IMG/VR virus record: IMGVR_UViG_3300024996_000139
Coordinates: 1 to 42,597 of that record
Direction: 5' to 3' (one strand)
DNA length: 42,597 bases
Source: a virus
Taxonomy: Duplodnaviria > Caudoviricetes
The notes beneath the pieces were generated by a model, which searched no databases, was not told the origin of the DNA, and worked only from the letters and a program-made list of their open reading frames with translations. Each line of letters begins with the position of its first letter. Positions within the stretch are counted from its first letter, which is position 1. Shown here in pieces: positions 1 to 9,942 of the stretch. The position numbers and the translations under genes are program-made.

Positions 1-45
1 CAGCCAAGGACACGGAATTCAATCTCATGATGACGTTTTGACAGA

Positions 46-64
46 GCCGCCTTCGGGCGGTTTT
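46..64 (+). terminator. Intrinsic terminator-like hairpin upstream of the tRNA
   Basis: GCCGCC-TTCG-GGCGGT stem-loop followed by TTT. Confidence 0.55.
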
Positions 65-102
65 GCCGTTTCGGTTCCGCTCTTCGGAATCGGGCGGTGT
101 GT

Positions 103-1717
<1,615 letters not shown>

Positions 1718-1737
<20 letters not shown>

Positions 1738-1876
1738 GTTTGTCTGTCCTGGCTCTCTGGAGCCGGCGATACTCTTCCGCCGCGGCGGCGCGCGCAAGGG
1801 CGCGGACCAGGCCGCGCAGCATATCGCGCTGATCCTGGGTGAGCTTTGGCTTCGATTGCGTGGTCGCCTTAACCAT
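1718..1876 (-). CDS. 52-aa basic helical protein, candidate recombination directionality factor
   Basis: Hand translation MVKATTQSKPKLTQDQRDMLRGLVRALARAAAAEEYRRLQRARTDKHARRHL*; overlaps the DUF4326 stop and the integrase start; below the ORF-track cutoff. Confidence 0.65.
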
Positions 1877-2267
1877 CAGCGACGGTCTCGCGGGCTGGCG
1901 GGTTGGCGATCTCGATCAGCACATCGGCGTGGCAAGGCTGGTCGAGGCGGCACCAGCAGCATAGGTTTTTGCCGCGAAGGGCTTTCTGCGCTCGCTCAAC
2001 GAACGTCTCGTGGCACTGCATCTCGCGGAAGGCGCGAACAGCAGTCTCCGCGTCGACCAGTGGCCAGTTATCCCAAAGATCGACGTTCTTGCGATAGTCG
2101 GCATAGTGCGCGAGCGTCTCGGATTCGGAGCGGGCAAACCCATGTTTGCGCGCGCCGACGACAAACCGATTCCCAAACTGCGAAGGCCGGCCGACATAGA
2201 CGGTGTTAGGCGGCATGCGCCATCCTTTGGCGCGGCTGCGCTGAATGCGGATCGGGGTCGCCGGCAT
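1869..2267 (-). CDS. DUF4326 family protein
   Basis: VYVGRPSQFGNRF and LRGKNLCCWC...CHADVL motifs. Confidence 0.85.
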   Translation of the reverse strand: MPATPIRIQRSRAKGWRMPPNTVYVGRPSQFGNRFVVGARKHGFARSESETLAHYADYRKNVDLWDNWPLVDAETAVRAFREMQCHETFVERAQKALRGKNLCCWCRLDQPCHADVLIEIANPPARETVADG

Positions 2268-2268
2268 G

Positions 2269-2736
2269 TCAGAACGGGATGTCATCGTCGAGCTCGTTGC
2301 GCGCCGGTACCGTGCTGGCCGGCCTGTTGCTGGTCTGGCCGTAATCCTCCGGGCCCGTCGCCGGCGGTGGGCGGTTGCCGCCATTGCCGCCGCCGAGCAT
2401 GGTGAGCTCGCCGCGGAAGCGCTGCAGCACGACCTCGGTCGTGTACTTGTCCTGGCCCGACTGATCGGTCCATTTGCGGGTCTGCAACTGGCCCTCGATG
2501 TAAACCGTCGAGCCTTTCTTGAGATACTGCTCGGCGATGCGCGCCAGGCTCTCGTTGAAGATGACGACGCTATGCCACTCGGTGCGCTCTTTCTGCTCGC
2601 CAGTCGTCTTGTCCTTCCAGCGTTCGGAGGTGGCGATGCGCAGGTTGGCGATCGGCTCGCCGGCATTGGTGCGGCGCATCTCCGGATCGCGGCCGAGATT
2701 GCCGATGAGCTGCACCTTGTTGAGGGAGCCGCTCAT
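2269..2736 (-). CDS. ssb: Single-stranded DNA-binding protein
   Basis: [31 protein letters not shown] and acidic DDDIPF tail. Confidence 0.98.
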   Translation of the reverse strand: MSGSLNKVQLIGNLGRDPEMRRTNAGEPIANLRIATSERWKDKTTGEQKERTEWHSVVIFNESLARIAEQYLKKGSTVYIEGQLQTRKWTDQSGQDKYTTEVVLQRFRGELTMLGGGNGGNRPPPATGPEDYGQTSNRPASTVPARNELDDDIPF

Positions 2737-3026
2737 GCCGTTACCTGGTCGATCGCGACGCGGGCGCGCGACTTCTGCTCGTCGATCGCGCGGAGGAAAT
2801 CCTGGGCGGCTCGAAAAAGCGGGCGAACGACCGCATCGGCAGCGCGCCGTTCCGGGTTCCTAAACAGCGTCGGATCGATGATCGGCCCGACGCTGTCCAT
2901 ATGTTCTGCCTCGGCCGCGTAGCGCTCGAAAAGATCGAGATGAGACTTGAGCAGCTCGGCGCAGAGACTGATGGCGCTGACGGCCTGGGTCAGTTCGCTG
3001 CGCGCGTTTTCTTGCGATGACGTCAT
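2733..3026 (-). CDS. Hypothetical phage protein
   Basis: [12 protein letters not shown]...; 4-nt overlaps with both neighbours. Confidence 0.7.
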   Translation of the reverse strand: MTSSQENARSELTQAVSAISLCAELLKSHLDLFERYAAEAEHMDSVGPIIDPTLFRNPERRAADAVVRPLFRAAQDFLRAIDEQKSRARVAIDQVTA

Positions 3027-3241
3027 CGGCGGGTGCCTTCCAGTTTGATGATTTCGGCGATTTCCTGCAGCTGGCGCGTGGTCAGCGAATGGATCGCCTC
3101 GCCCTCGTCGCGCTGGCTGACGGGATCCGAGCGGATCGACCAGTCGCGCTCGCCGTTGCTGAGGCGCTTGGCGACGACGCGCGTGTAGCGGCCGTGGCGG
3201 TCGACGGAGATTTTCCAGATGATTTCCGCTGGCTCGGTCAT
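3023..3241 (-). CDS. Hypothetical phage protein
   Basis: 72 aa, coupled to neighbours by 4-nt overlaps. Confidence 0.7.
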   Translation of the reverse strand: MTEPAEIIWKISVDRHGRYTRVVAKRLSNGERDWSIRSDPVSQRDEGEAIHSLTTRQLQEIAEIIKLEGTRR

Positions 3242-3501
3242 TGCGGCACCTGCGTGCCGATTCCGGCTGTCGCGCGAACCTTGCGCAGGTAACCCCAGTT
3301 CTCGCGGACGGCTTTCTTGATGTCGGCCGCAAGGCTGTCGACGAGATCATCGGCATTCGCTAGGTCGGCGGCGGCGAAGCCGACGGTGCATGCGAGGCTA
3401 TCGATCTGCGCGGCAAAGCAGACATCCGTCTGATGACCACCGAGTAATATCTGGAGGTCTCGAAAGAGAGCGCTCCGCTGCACGCGATCGGGGCCCGTCA
3501 T
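3238..3501 (-). CDS. Hypothetical phage protein
   Basis: 87 aa, coupled to neighbours by 4-nt overlaps. Confidence 0.7.
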   Translation of the reverse strand: MTGPDRVQRSALFRDLQILLGGHQTDVCFAAQIDSLACTVGFAAADLANADDLVDSLAADIKKAVRENWGYLRKVRATAGIGTQVPQ

Positions 3502-4697
3502 GTCGCGACCCTCGGCATGGCGCGGTGTTCGAGGCCGTCAAGAAAGCTGCCGGCGCTGGCCTTGCCTACGCGCTTTGTCGCCTGCTGTGCCGTTGCGGTT
3601 CCATCGCGGACGGCGCGCTGGTCTTCGCCTTTCCATGGGTACCCGCGGCGAGGGCGGAGATCCTTGTCGAAGGCCGGCGCGAACTCTCCCCATTGCTTGA
3701 AGAAGAACGGTACGCCAGCGACGGCGCATTGGTCGCGGATCAATCGCGCCCAATCCGGATGCATCGGCCGCGCGCTGGCGCCGCTCTCGCCGCCGACGAT
3801 GATCCAGTCGAGGCTTGGATAAAGGATGCCGAGTTCTTCGTGTTCTTTCCAGACCTTGCCGTCTGGCGTTTGCGTCGAGCCCCAATATTCGCCGCGCAGG
3901 GTGTCGTATCTGCCCCATCCGACGCTCTCGATCGGATAGTGTGGATCAGGATGACCGCCGCAATCGGAAAAATCATCATGCACGCCGGCAGCGATTTGAG
4001 TGAAATCGATCGGTCCCAGCAGCGGCTCGGCCGAGACGAAGCGCACGGCCGCCGGCGTGGCGAGCAGATCGGGCGCGCGCTCGTCGGCGCGGCGCTGATC
4101 TTCGGCCGAGACGCCGAGCCAGACGTTCGGCAGCGGCATCGGATCATCGTGATAGACGATATTCCCATCATCGTCGGTGCCTTCGCCGTGGAAGACATCA
4201 ATCAGATGTTCGATCCGATCGCGGAACCGTTTGCCTTCGGTCCATACCCAGGCGCCGTCGAGCATGCAGCCAAGCGCGGCACTAATCCGGTCGTTTAGGT
4301 CGGGATCGGAAAGATATTGCCGAAGCCGCTTCGACCTCTTCGTCAAGACCTGGAAGGTGTGTTGCGGCGCCAAAGCCATGATTGCGAACACCCGGTCGAT
4401 CCATTCAACCGGCACATTCTCCGCAAAAAGATCGCCGTGAGCGCAGACGAAGATGCGGCGCGCACGCTTCCAGCGCAGCGGCTGGTCGAGCCATTCGGTA
4501 TTCAGCCGCACCTTGCCGGTCCAGACCGGGCCGGCCTTGCTGTTGCGCGTCAGGCCGGCGCGGCTCGGATGGTGCTGCAGCCGCGTGCCGGCAAGGCGCA
4601 TGGCATAGCAATTGGTGCAGCCGGGCGAGACGACGGAGCAGCCGGTGATCGGGTTCCAGGTCGCATCGGTCCACTCGATATAGGTGTGATCAGCCAT
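3498..4697 (-). CDS. DUF5131 (phage Gp37/Gp68) family, radical-SAM-like protein
   Basis: IEWTDATWNPITGC-SVVSPG-CTNCYA, FQVLTKR, NVWLGVS, SAEPLLG, WIIVGGESG, PFFFKQWG. Confidence 0.93.
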   Translation of the reverse strand: MADHTYIEWTDATWNPITGCSVVSPGCTNCYAMRLAGTRLQHHPSRAGLTRNSKAGPVWTGKVRLNTEWLDQPLRWKRARRIFVCAHGDLFAENVPVEWIDRVFAIMALAPQHTFQVLTKRSKRLRQYLSDPDLNDRISAALGCMLDGAWVWTEGKRFRDRIEHLIDVFHGEGTDDDGNIVYHDDPMPLPNVWLGVSAEDQRRADERAPDLLATPAAVRFVSAEPLLGPIDFTQIAAGVHDDFSDCGGHPDPHYPIESVGWGRYDTLRGEYWGSTQTPDGKVWKEHEELGILYPSLDWIIVGGESGASARPMHPDWARLIRDQCAVAGVPFFFKQWGEFAPAFDKDLRPRRGYPWKGEDQRAVRDGTATAQQATKRVGKASAGSFLDGLEHRAMPRVAT

Positions 4698-4989
4698 CGA
4701 TTCCCTCCAGATCCTCGACCGGGATCGGGGCGCCGTCGCCCAACTCGCTCATGAACTTGACGAGCGCCGCGCAGAGCTGCCCCTCGTCGGCAACGTTGCG
4801 GGCCTCGAGCAAGCGATAGAGTGCTTCGGCGAGGTGCAAATGCGGGTCGCCGTCGAGATCGAGGCGCGTATCGATCTCACCTTCGCGGATGATCTCGAGG
4901 GTTGCCGTGCAGGGGATCGACATCGAGACGGCTGCCGCCGTCAATGCGCGGATCTCATGCGGGGCAAGTTTGCGGGGCGCATCAGTCAT
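4690..4989 (-). CDS. Hypothetical phage protein
   Basis: MTDAPRKLAP...; 8-nt overlaps with both neighbours. Confidence 0.65.
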   Translation of the reverse strand: MTDAPRKLAPHEIRALTAAAVSMSIPCTATLEIIREGEIDTRLDLDGDPHLHLAEALYRLLEARNVADEGQLCAALVKFMSELGDGAPIPVEDLEGIDG

Positions 4990-5830
4990 GCCGCACCTGC
5001 CCGGCGATCGCGGCGACAAGACGCCGGCTGAGAATGGTCCAGATCGCCTCGCCAGGCTGGCGCTCGGTGGTCTGCGCCTTGCCGTATTCGCGGATGATGT
5101 TGATGCGTTCAAACGCCTGGAACAGGTCGGCATCGCTGTAGCCGCGCACCTGGTTGAGGTGGACCGCCTCGCACATGGCAAGGATGATCGGGGCGAGCAG
5201 GCCGCCCTTGACGCGATTGGGCGTCTCGACGACGCAGCGTAGGGCGAGGATCACGGTATCCTCCCCGAAGCGGTCGATGACGCGGCCGATCGCGCCGATG
5301 GCCATGGTTTCGCCGGGCTCCTGGTTGAGCTCGCTCTTGGGGTAGAACAGGATCTTGGCGCCGCCGCGCCGGGCAACGTCGAGAATCCGCGTCGCGCGCG
5401 GCTCGCCGGCGGCAATGGCGGCCTTGAACAAGGCCAGCGAATTGATGCGGGTAACCGTGCCGTTGACGGCTGCGAAGGCTGCGGCCTGCTCGGTGCGGTC
5501 GGCGATGATGACCTGGCACGGCACGCGATCATGCCCGGCCAGCTGCGCGGCCGTGGTGCGATGCTGGCCGTCGATGATGGCAAACTGCCCGCCGGCGATC
5601 GGCGCGACGATGACGGGCGCGAATCTGGACCAGCGGAAGTTTTCGGCAATGCGTCGGATGTTGCCGCGACCATCCTTGCCGATGGCGCGCTGGTAGGATT
5701 CGTCGACGACAAGGCGGGTGATGTCGATCCAGTCGAGCATCGGCGCGGCGCCGAAATCCGCGGGCAGGGTGACGCCGGCGAAATCATCGGTCGCGATCGG
5801 CCGCAGAGGGGGGGGGCTTACGGTGCTCAT
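4982..5830 (-). CDS. ParB/Srx-fold N-terminal domain protein (DUF6551-like)
   Basis: LVVDESYQR...IIDGQHRTTAA motif. Confidence 0.8.
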   Translation of the reverse strand: MSTVSPPPLRPIATDDFAGVTLPADFGAAPMLDWIDITRLVVDESYQRAIGKDGRGNIRRIAENFRWSRFAPVIVAPIAGGQFAIIDGQHRTTAAQLAGHDRVPCQVIIADRTEQAAAFAAVNGTVTRINSLALFKAAIAAGEPRATRILDVARRGGAKILFYPKSELNQEPGETMAIGAIGRVIDRFGEDTVILALRCVVETPNRVKGGLLAPIILAMCEAVHLNQVRGYSDADLFQAFERINIIREYGKAQTTERQPGEAIWTILSRRLVAAIAGQVRHD

Positions 5831-7617
5831 GCGACCTCGCGCTCCTCTTCCGCCTGTTTCGGCGCGGGTTTGCGGCTGGCCTTCTTTGCGGCGGCCTTCT
5901 TCGCGCCCGTCTTGGCGAGCTTCAGCTTGACCGGCTTCGCGGCCGGTTTCGGTGCATCGCGCGGTCCGTCATAGTGCTTGCCGCGCAGCTCCGGCGGCAG
6001 CCAGGCGCCGGGCTCGCCGGCCTTGATGTTGGCGAGCCCGAACTCCACCGCGGCCGCTTTCGGCTTGCCGGCGAGCTTGGCCGCTTCGTCGGGGCTGACC
6101 GCCTCGGCGATGGCGCGCAGCACCAGGTGCTTCGGCGCGGATTTGAGATAATCGGCGAGGTCGAAGATCTGGCGCAGGTGAGCGTGGTATCCGACCGGCT
6201 CGAGCGCATCGATCAGCGCCAGATGTTGCTCGCCGATCGGATTGAGGGGATTGTGGCTGACCATATGCACGGCCTGGGCCGCGAGATGGGCGAGGGTACG
6301 CAGCAACTCGCCGGGCTCGAGGTGGTAGAGCCGGTCGAAAGCATCGGCGAAAGCTTCCGCTTCGGGGCGCGCGTCGTGCTCGAGGCCCTCCATGCGCAGG
6401 TGCATAGGCTGGCTCCAGCCGCCCCGGGAGAGGATGCCGGCGCCGAGCGCGGCCAGTGCGACCATAGGCTGCTCGCCGAAACTGCGCTGCACGGCGACGG
6501 TGATCTGCGTCGTCAGCCGCTCGACCAGAGCGGCTGAGATCGGCGCGGCGGGAGCTTCGGTCGCGGCGCCTTTGCCGCCCGTCTTGGCTTCTGCCGCCTT
6601 CTCGGCCTTGCGTATGGCGCGCTCGGCCTCGGGTTTCAGGACGCCGTATTTGACCTCGAGCTCACCGCCGCTGCCGATCGACAGGATGCAGCCGGAAATC
6701 GCCTTGTCCTTGGCGCTGGCCGTGCTCTTGGTGGTGACCTGGCGCCAGCTGTAATGCGCCTGTTCCGGCAGGTCCGCATATGACGCGGCCCAGCTCCAGC
6801 CCTGTTCGATAAGCTCGGCGGCCTTTGCTGCCAGTTTTTCGTCGGCGAGGCGCTTGGCGAGCACGGGATCGGAAACGATATGATGGTCGCCGAACAGATC
6901 CTCGCGGATCTCGCCGCCGGCGGCGATATAGGCGTCGCGGCCGACGAAGCTGACCAGTTTCCCGGTGGCTGCCGTCTTGTTCAGCCCCAGCTCCTGCTCG
7001 ACGTTCCAGCCGGTTAGATCGTCAGTCTTGTGCAGTTTGGCGTAGACCCGCTCCTGATCCTCGCGGCTCGCCAGGGTAAAGGCGCGCACGACGCGCCGGC
7101 TGTGCGTCGGCTCGATGGTGCCATCACGCCATGCGTCGAGGATGACGGGGCTGAGCGTGCCGAGCGCGAGGATCCTCTGAACGCGTTTCGGCTCGATGCC
7201 GAAACGGCCGGCGATCTGCTCGGCCGACAGGGTCTCGGCGAGGCGCGCGAACGTCTCGAGCTGGTCGGCCTCGTGCGGCGGCAGATGCGCGACATTCTCG
7301 GCCTGGCTGATCTCGAGCGGGTCGAGCCCGTCTCGGATGATCTCGACGCGGATCGGCGTCTCGTCGGTGATCGTCGTGCCGTCGAAGCCGACAATGGCAT
7401 TGTCACGCAGGTAGCGCAGCGCGAGCAGGCGACGGTTGCCGGCGGCGACATAGTAGACCGCGCCCGACTGGATGACCTGCAGGGCGTTGATCAGGCCCTG
7501 CGCGGCGATCATGGCGGCGAGGCTCTCGATCTCGGCATCGCGCATGGATTTGCGAGCGTTGATCGGTGGCTCGGCCTCGTGGCCGGGGTGCAGGCAGGCA
7601 AGCGGGACGGTGGTCAT
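5827..7617 (-). CDS. ParB/RepB/Spo0J-like protein with Lys/Ala-rich tail
   Basis: IAAQGLINALQV, VAAGNRRLLAL, AENV, HTH-like IAGRFGIEPKRVQRILAL; C-terminal KKAAAKK tail. Confidence 0.85.
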   Translation of the reverse strand: MTTVPLACLHPGHEAEPPINARKSMRDAEIESLAAMIAAQGLINALQVIQSGAVYYVAAGNRRLLALRYLRDNAIVGFDGTTITDETPIRVEIIRDGLDPLEISQAENVAHLPPHEADQLETFARLAETLSAEQIAGRFGIEPKRVQRILALGTLSPVILDAWRDGTIEPTHSRRVVRAFTLASREDQERVYAKLHKTDDLTGWNVEQELGLNKTAATGKLVSFVGRDAYIAAGGEIREDLFGDHHIVSDPVLAKRLADEKLAAKAAELIEQGWSWAASYADLPEQAHYSWRQVTTKSTASAKDKAISGCILSIGSGGELEVKYGVLKPEAERAIRKAEKAAEAKTGGKGAATEAPAAPISAALVERLTTQITVAVQRSFGEQPMVALAALGAGILSRGGWSQPMHLRMEGLEHDARPEAEAFADAFDRLYHLEPGELLRTLAHLAAQAVHMVSHNPLNPIGEQHLALIDALEPVGYHAHLRQIFDLADYLKSAPKHLVLRAIAEAVSPDEAAKLAGKPKAAAVEFGLANIKAGEPGAWLPPELRGKHYDGPRDAPKPAAKPVKLKLAKTGAKKAAAKKASRKPAPKQAEEEREVA

Positions 7618-8270
7618 GGGCAGGTGCTCCTGAGGAAGGCTGTGCGGTAGAGGTGGAAGCGCTGGCGCCACTCGTCTGCGGCGCGCGGCCAGGGCCACGG
7701 CTTGATGGCGCCGCAGGACAGGCGGACACGCGGCAGGGACTCGAGTTGCGCGTGCCAGCGCATCGGCGGGCGCACCATCAGGTGGTCGCGCTCGGTCATC
7801 AGCATGCGCGCGTCCATGCGTTTGACCTCGGCCAGGATCTCGCGATGCGGCGGCCAGGGCAGGCCGGCGGCGGCGTAGATGGCGCGGTCGAAGGTGTGTT
7901 TGAGGCCGGCGATCGCCGCGGTCACGCCGGTGGCCGCCGTCTCGCCGAGAGCGGCCATGGCATAGCTGACAAGCGCGCTGGCGACCGGCGAGGTGATATC
8001 GCCGAGATAGGCCTCATGCGCATCGTGCAACAGGAATGCCAGGGCGATGTCATCGCGGCCGGTTTCGCGGCGCAGCGCGTCGGCGCCGAGCACGCAATGC
8101 TGGGCGACGGAATAGATGCCGCCGCGCGGGGCGCCGGCGAAGCGCGCCAGCCGTGCGAGCTGCTCGGGGATGTCGATCGTCAGGTCGATCGAGGCCGGAT
8201 CGGGCTCGAGCATCGACACGGCGCGGCCGCTGGCTGATTGCATCCAGGGCCGTTGCAGGAGCGGCATCAT
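7614..8270 (-). CDS. HD-domain phosphohydrolase (YfbR-like 5'-nucleotidase)
   Basis: YSVAQHC...LLHDAHEAYLGD motif. Confidence 0.88.
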   Translation of the reverse strand: MMPLLQRPWMQSASGRAVSMLEPDPASIDLTIDIPEQLARLARFAGAPRGGIYSVAQHCVLGADALRRETGRDDIALAFLLHDAHEAYLGDITSPVASALVSYAMAALGETAATGVTAAIAGLKHTFDRAIYAAAGLPWPPHREILAEVKRMDARMLMTERDHLMVRPPMRWHAQLESLPRVRLSCGAIKPWPWPRAADEWRQRFHLYRTAFLRSTCP

Positions 8271-8530
8271 AGGCCGGCCTCCCGGCGCACGCGCGCCGCC
8301 TGGACGCCGGCCATAACCGCGAGGCTCGATGCGGCGACGGCGATGCGGCCGAGGCGATCGGCGATCGCGGCATCGTCGAGCTGCTCCTCGCGCTCGAGCA
8401 GCGTGTGCAGGTCCTGCGACAGCATCAGGCCGGCGCTGTAGATGCCGGGCGTCAGCGGCGCGGACAGGCGCGCGGGATGCATGGCCGGCTCGTGCGCGTC
8501 GCGGTGGATGAGCGGGGCGGGCCGGGTCAT
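8267..8530 (-). CDS. Hypothetical phage protein
   Basis: 87 aa with 4-nt overlaps at both ends. Confidence 0.6.
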   Translation of the reverse strand: MTRPAPLIHRDAHEPAMHPARLSAPLTPGIYSAGLMLSQDLHTLLEREEQLDDAAIADRLGRIAVAASSLAVMAGVQAARVRREAGL

Positions 8531-9009
8531 TGTGCAAATCCGGCCTTGACCGCCTGCGAATCGCGTAAAGTGCGATCTGCAGCGACATTGACGTGCCGCT
8601 GCAGATCTATCGCAACCGCCCGCACAACCGGGAGATCACGAATGCAGGGAACCGGAACATGCAGACTATCCAGCGGGGAGACGAGGGGCTGGCCGCCGCC
8701 GGCGCCACCGCCGACGCCACCGAAACCGGTCAAGGCGAGCGGGGGCGGGGGCGGAGCGGGGTGGCCGCCGCCGGCCCATTCGCCGGTAGGGCCATGCAGT
8801 TCCATGTCGCTGCTCGCCAGCAGCCTCTCCACCAGCCCGCTCGTGTCGGTGGCAGGGAGGGCGGAGGCAACGGACAAGGCTGCCGTGATGGCTTCGACAA
8901 AACCCGGTCCAGGGCCGAGCTTGCCCCCATGTCGGGCGTGCCATGCCTGCCAAGCGGCGGCGATCATCTCAGGCGTGACGCGCGCTCCCGCCTCCAGCGC
9001 CTTATCCAT
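8527..9009 (-). CDS. Hypothetical protein with low-complexity C-terminus
   Basis: Overlaps both neighbours; N-terminal VTPEMIAAAWQAW motif is common in phage accessory proteins. Confidence 0.55.
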   Translation of the reverse strand: MDKALEAGARVTPEMIAAAWQAWHARHGGKLGPGPGFVEAITAALSVASALPATDTSGLVERLLASSDMELHGPTGEWAGGGHPAPPPPPLALTGFGGVGGGAGGGQPLVSPLDSLHVPVPCIRDLPVVRAVAIDLQRHVNVAADRTLRDSQAVKAGFAQ

Positions 9010-9412
9010 GGTGGGGCTCCTTGAGATTGGAGACGACCCACGCCCTCATTCGGACGAAGCGCTCTTCCGGCGTTTCCTTCCACGGGCCGGCCTCATCGTT
9101 CATCCAGAAGATTTCTTGCGCCAGCGGCGTGGCGATATCGAACTTGGCGGCGACCGTGTCGTAGTCTTCTGGGTCGAGGGCCTTCATGTCGACGCCGCGC
9201 TTTTGGCCGACTGTTCCGAGAGCGCAGAACGAGCCTTCTGCTTCGAGTTCGTAGGACACCAGACGCTTCTCAGGGAGGGCGTCCATGGCGGCGAGCATTT
9301 CCCGCAAAACGGCTTGCCCGCGCTTGCCTCGGAGGGCGCTGGCGACGGCGCCGCGCCACCTGATGAAAGACCATTGGTCGTCCATATCGTCGATGTATCC
9401 AGACCGGCTCAT
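9002..9412 (-). CDS. Conserved hypothetical phage protein
   Basis: MSRSGYIDD...RGKRGQA.LRE...DALPEKRL...ETPEERF.RMRAWV; GGAGG RBS. Confidence 0.8.
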   Translation of the reverse strand: MSRSGYIDDMDDQWSFIRWRGAVASALRGKRGQAVLREMLAAMDALPEKRLVSYELEAEGSFCALGTVGQKRGVDMKALDPEDYDTVAAKFDIATPLAQEIFWMNDEAGPWKETPEERFVRMRAWVVSNLKEPHHG

Positions 9413-9756
9413 CACACCGCCTCCTGTGCTTCGAGGGCGCGGAAAAGGGCGAGAAGAGCGGCTAGGGGGACTGTGGTGCCGCGAACGATGTCGTCCTCGG
9501 AGAAGCCCGCGCCGCCTGCCATGTTGCTCTGGTAGACGCCGGCATATTTGCCGAGCGCCGCGTCGTCGCCAACGGTCCACTCCCACCCCGGCAGCACGCG
9601 CTCGATCAGCGCTAGGCAGGCGTCAACGGAGGCGGTCGGGTCGCCCTCGTCGGGAATGTATGAGCAGATGTCGAGCGCCTGGTAGATATCGACGGCAAGC
9701 TCTTCGTCCGGCCCTGTTGCGGCTGTGAGCCGGGCAATGATGTCAGCGTGGGTCAT
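9412..9756 (-). CDS. Hypothetical phage protein (ABA-sandwich-like)
   Basis: RLTAATGPDEEL...TASVDACLAL.ERVLPGW...PLAALLA pattern. Confidence 0.7.
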   Translation of the reverse strand: MTHADIIARLTAATGPDEELAVDIYQALDICSYIPDEGDPTASVDACLALIERVLPGWEWTVGDDAALGKYAGVYQSNMAGGAGFSEDDIVRGTTVPLAALLALFRALEAQEAV

Positions 9757-9941
9757 GGGCGGGGCTCCTTGGTCAGTTCTCGGCGAAGATCAGCGAGCAG
9801 CAAATCCAACTTTGGAAGCCACTTCTCGGCGCTCTCGCGGTATCCGTCATTTCCGCTCGATCGGTGCATGTTGGTGAGGGCATGGACGTTCAACAGCGCC
9901 TGGATCATCAACTCGGCGTAGGTGGATGCGACTTCGCCCAT
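9753..9941 (-). CDS. Small hypothetical protein
   Basis: MGEVASTYAEL..., GGAGGGA RBS, coupled to the downstream gene. Confidence 0.6.
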   Translation of the reverse strand: MGEVASTYAELMIQALLNVHALTNMHRSSGNDGYRESAEKWLPKLDLLLADLRRELTKEPRP

Positions 9942-9942
9942 G

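Noticed and set aside
4982-7617. Plasmid-prophage ParABS partition system
   Set aside because: No ParA ATPase or parS array seen, and the element has an integrase and a tRNA attachment site
8405-9535. 376-aa + strand ORF across several early genes
   Set aside because: Low-complexity translation spanning coupled minus-strand genes; no start signals
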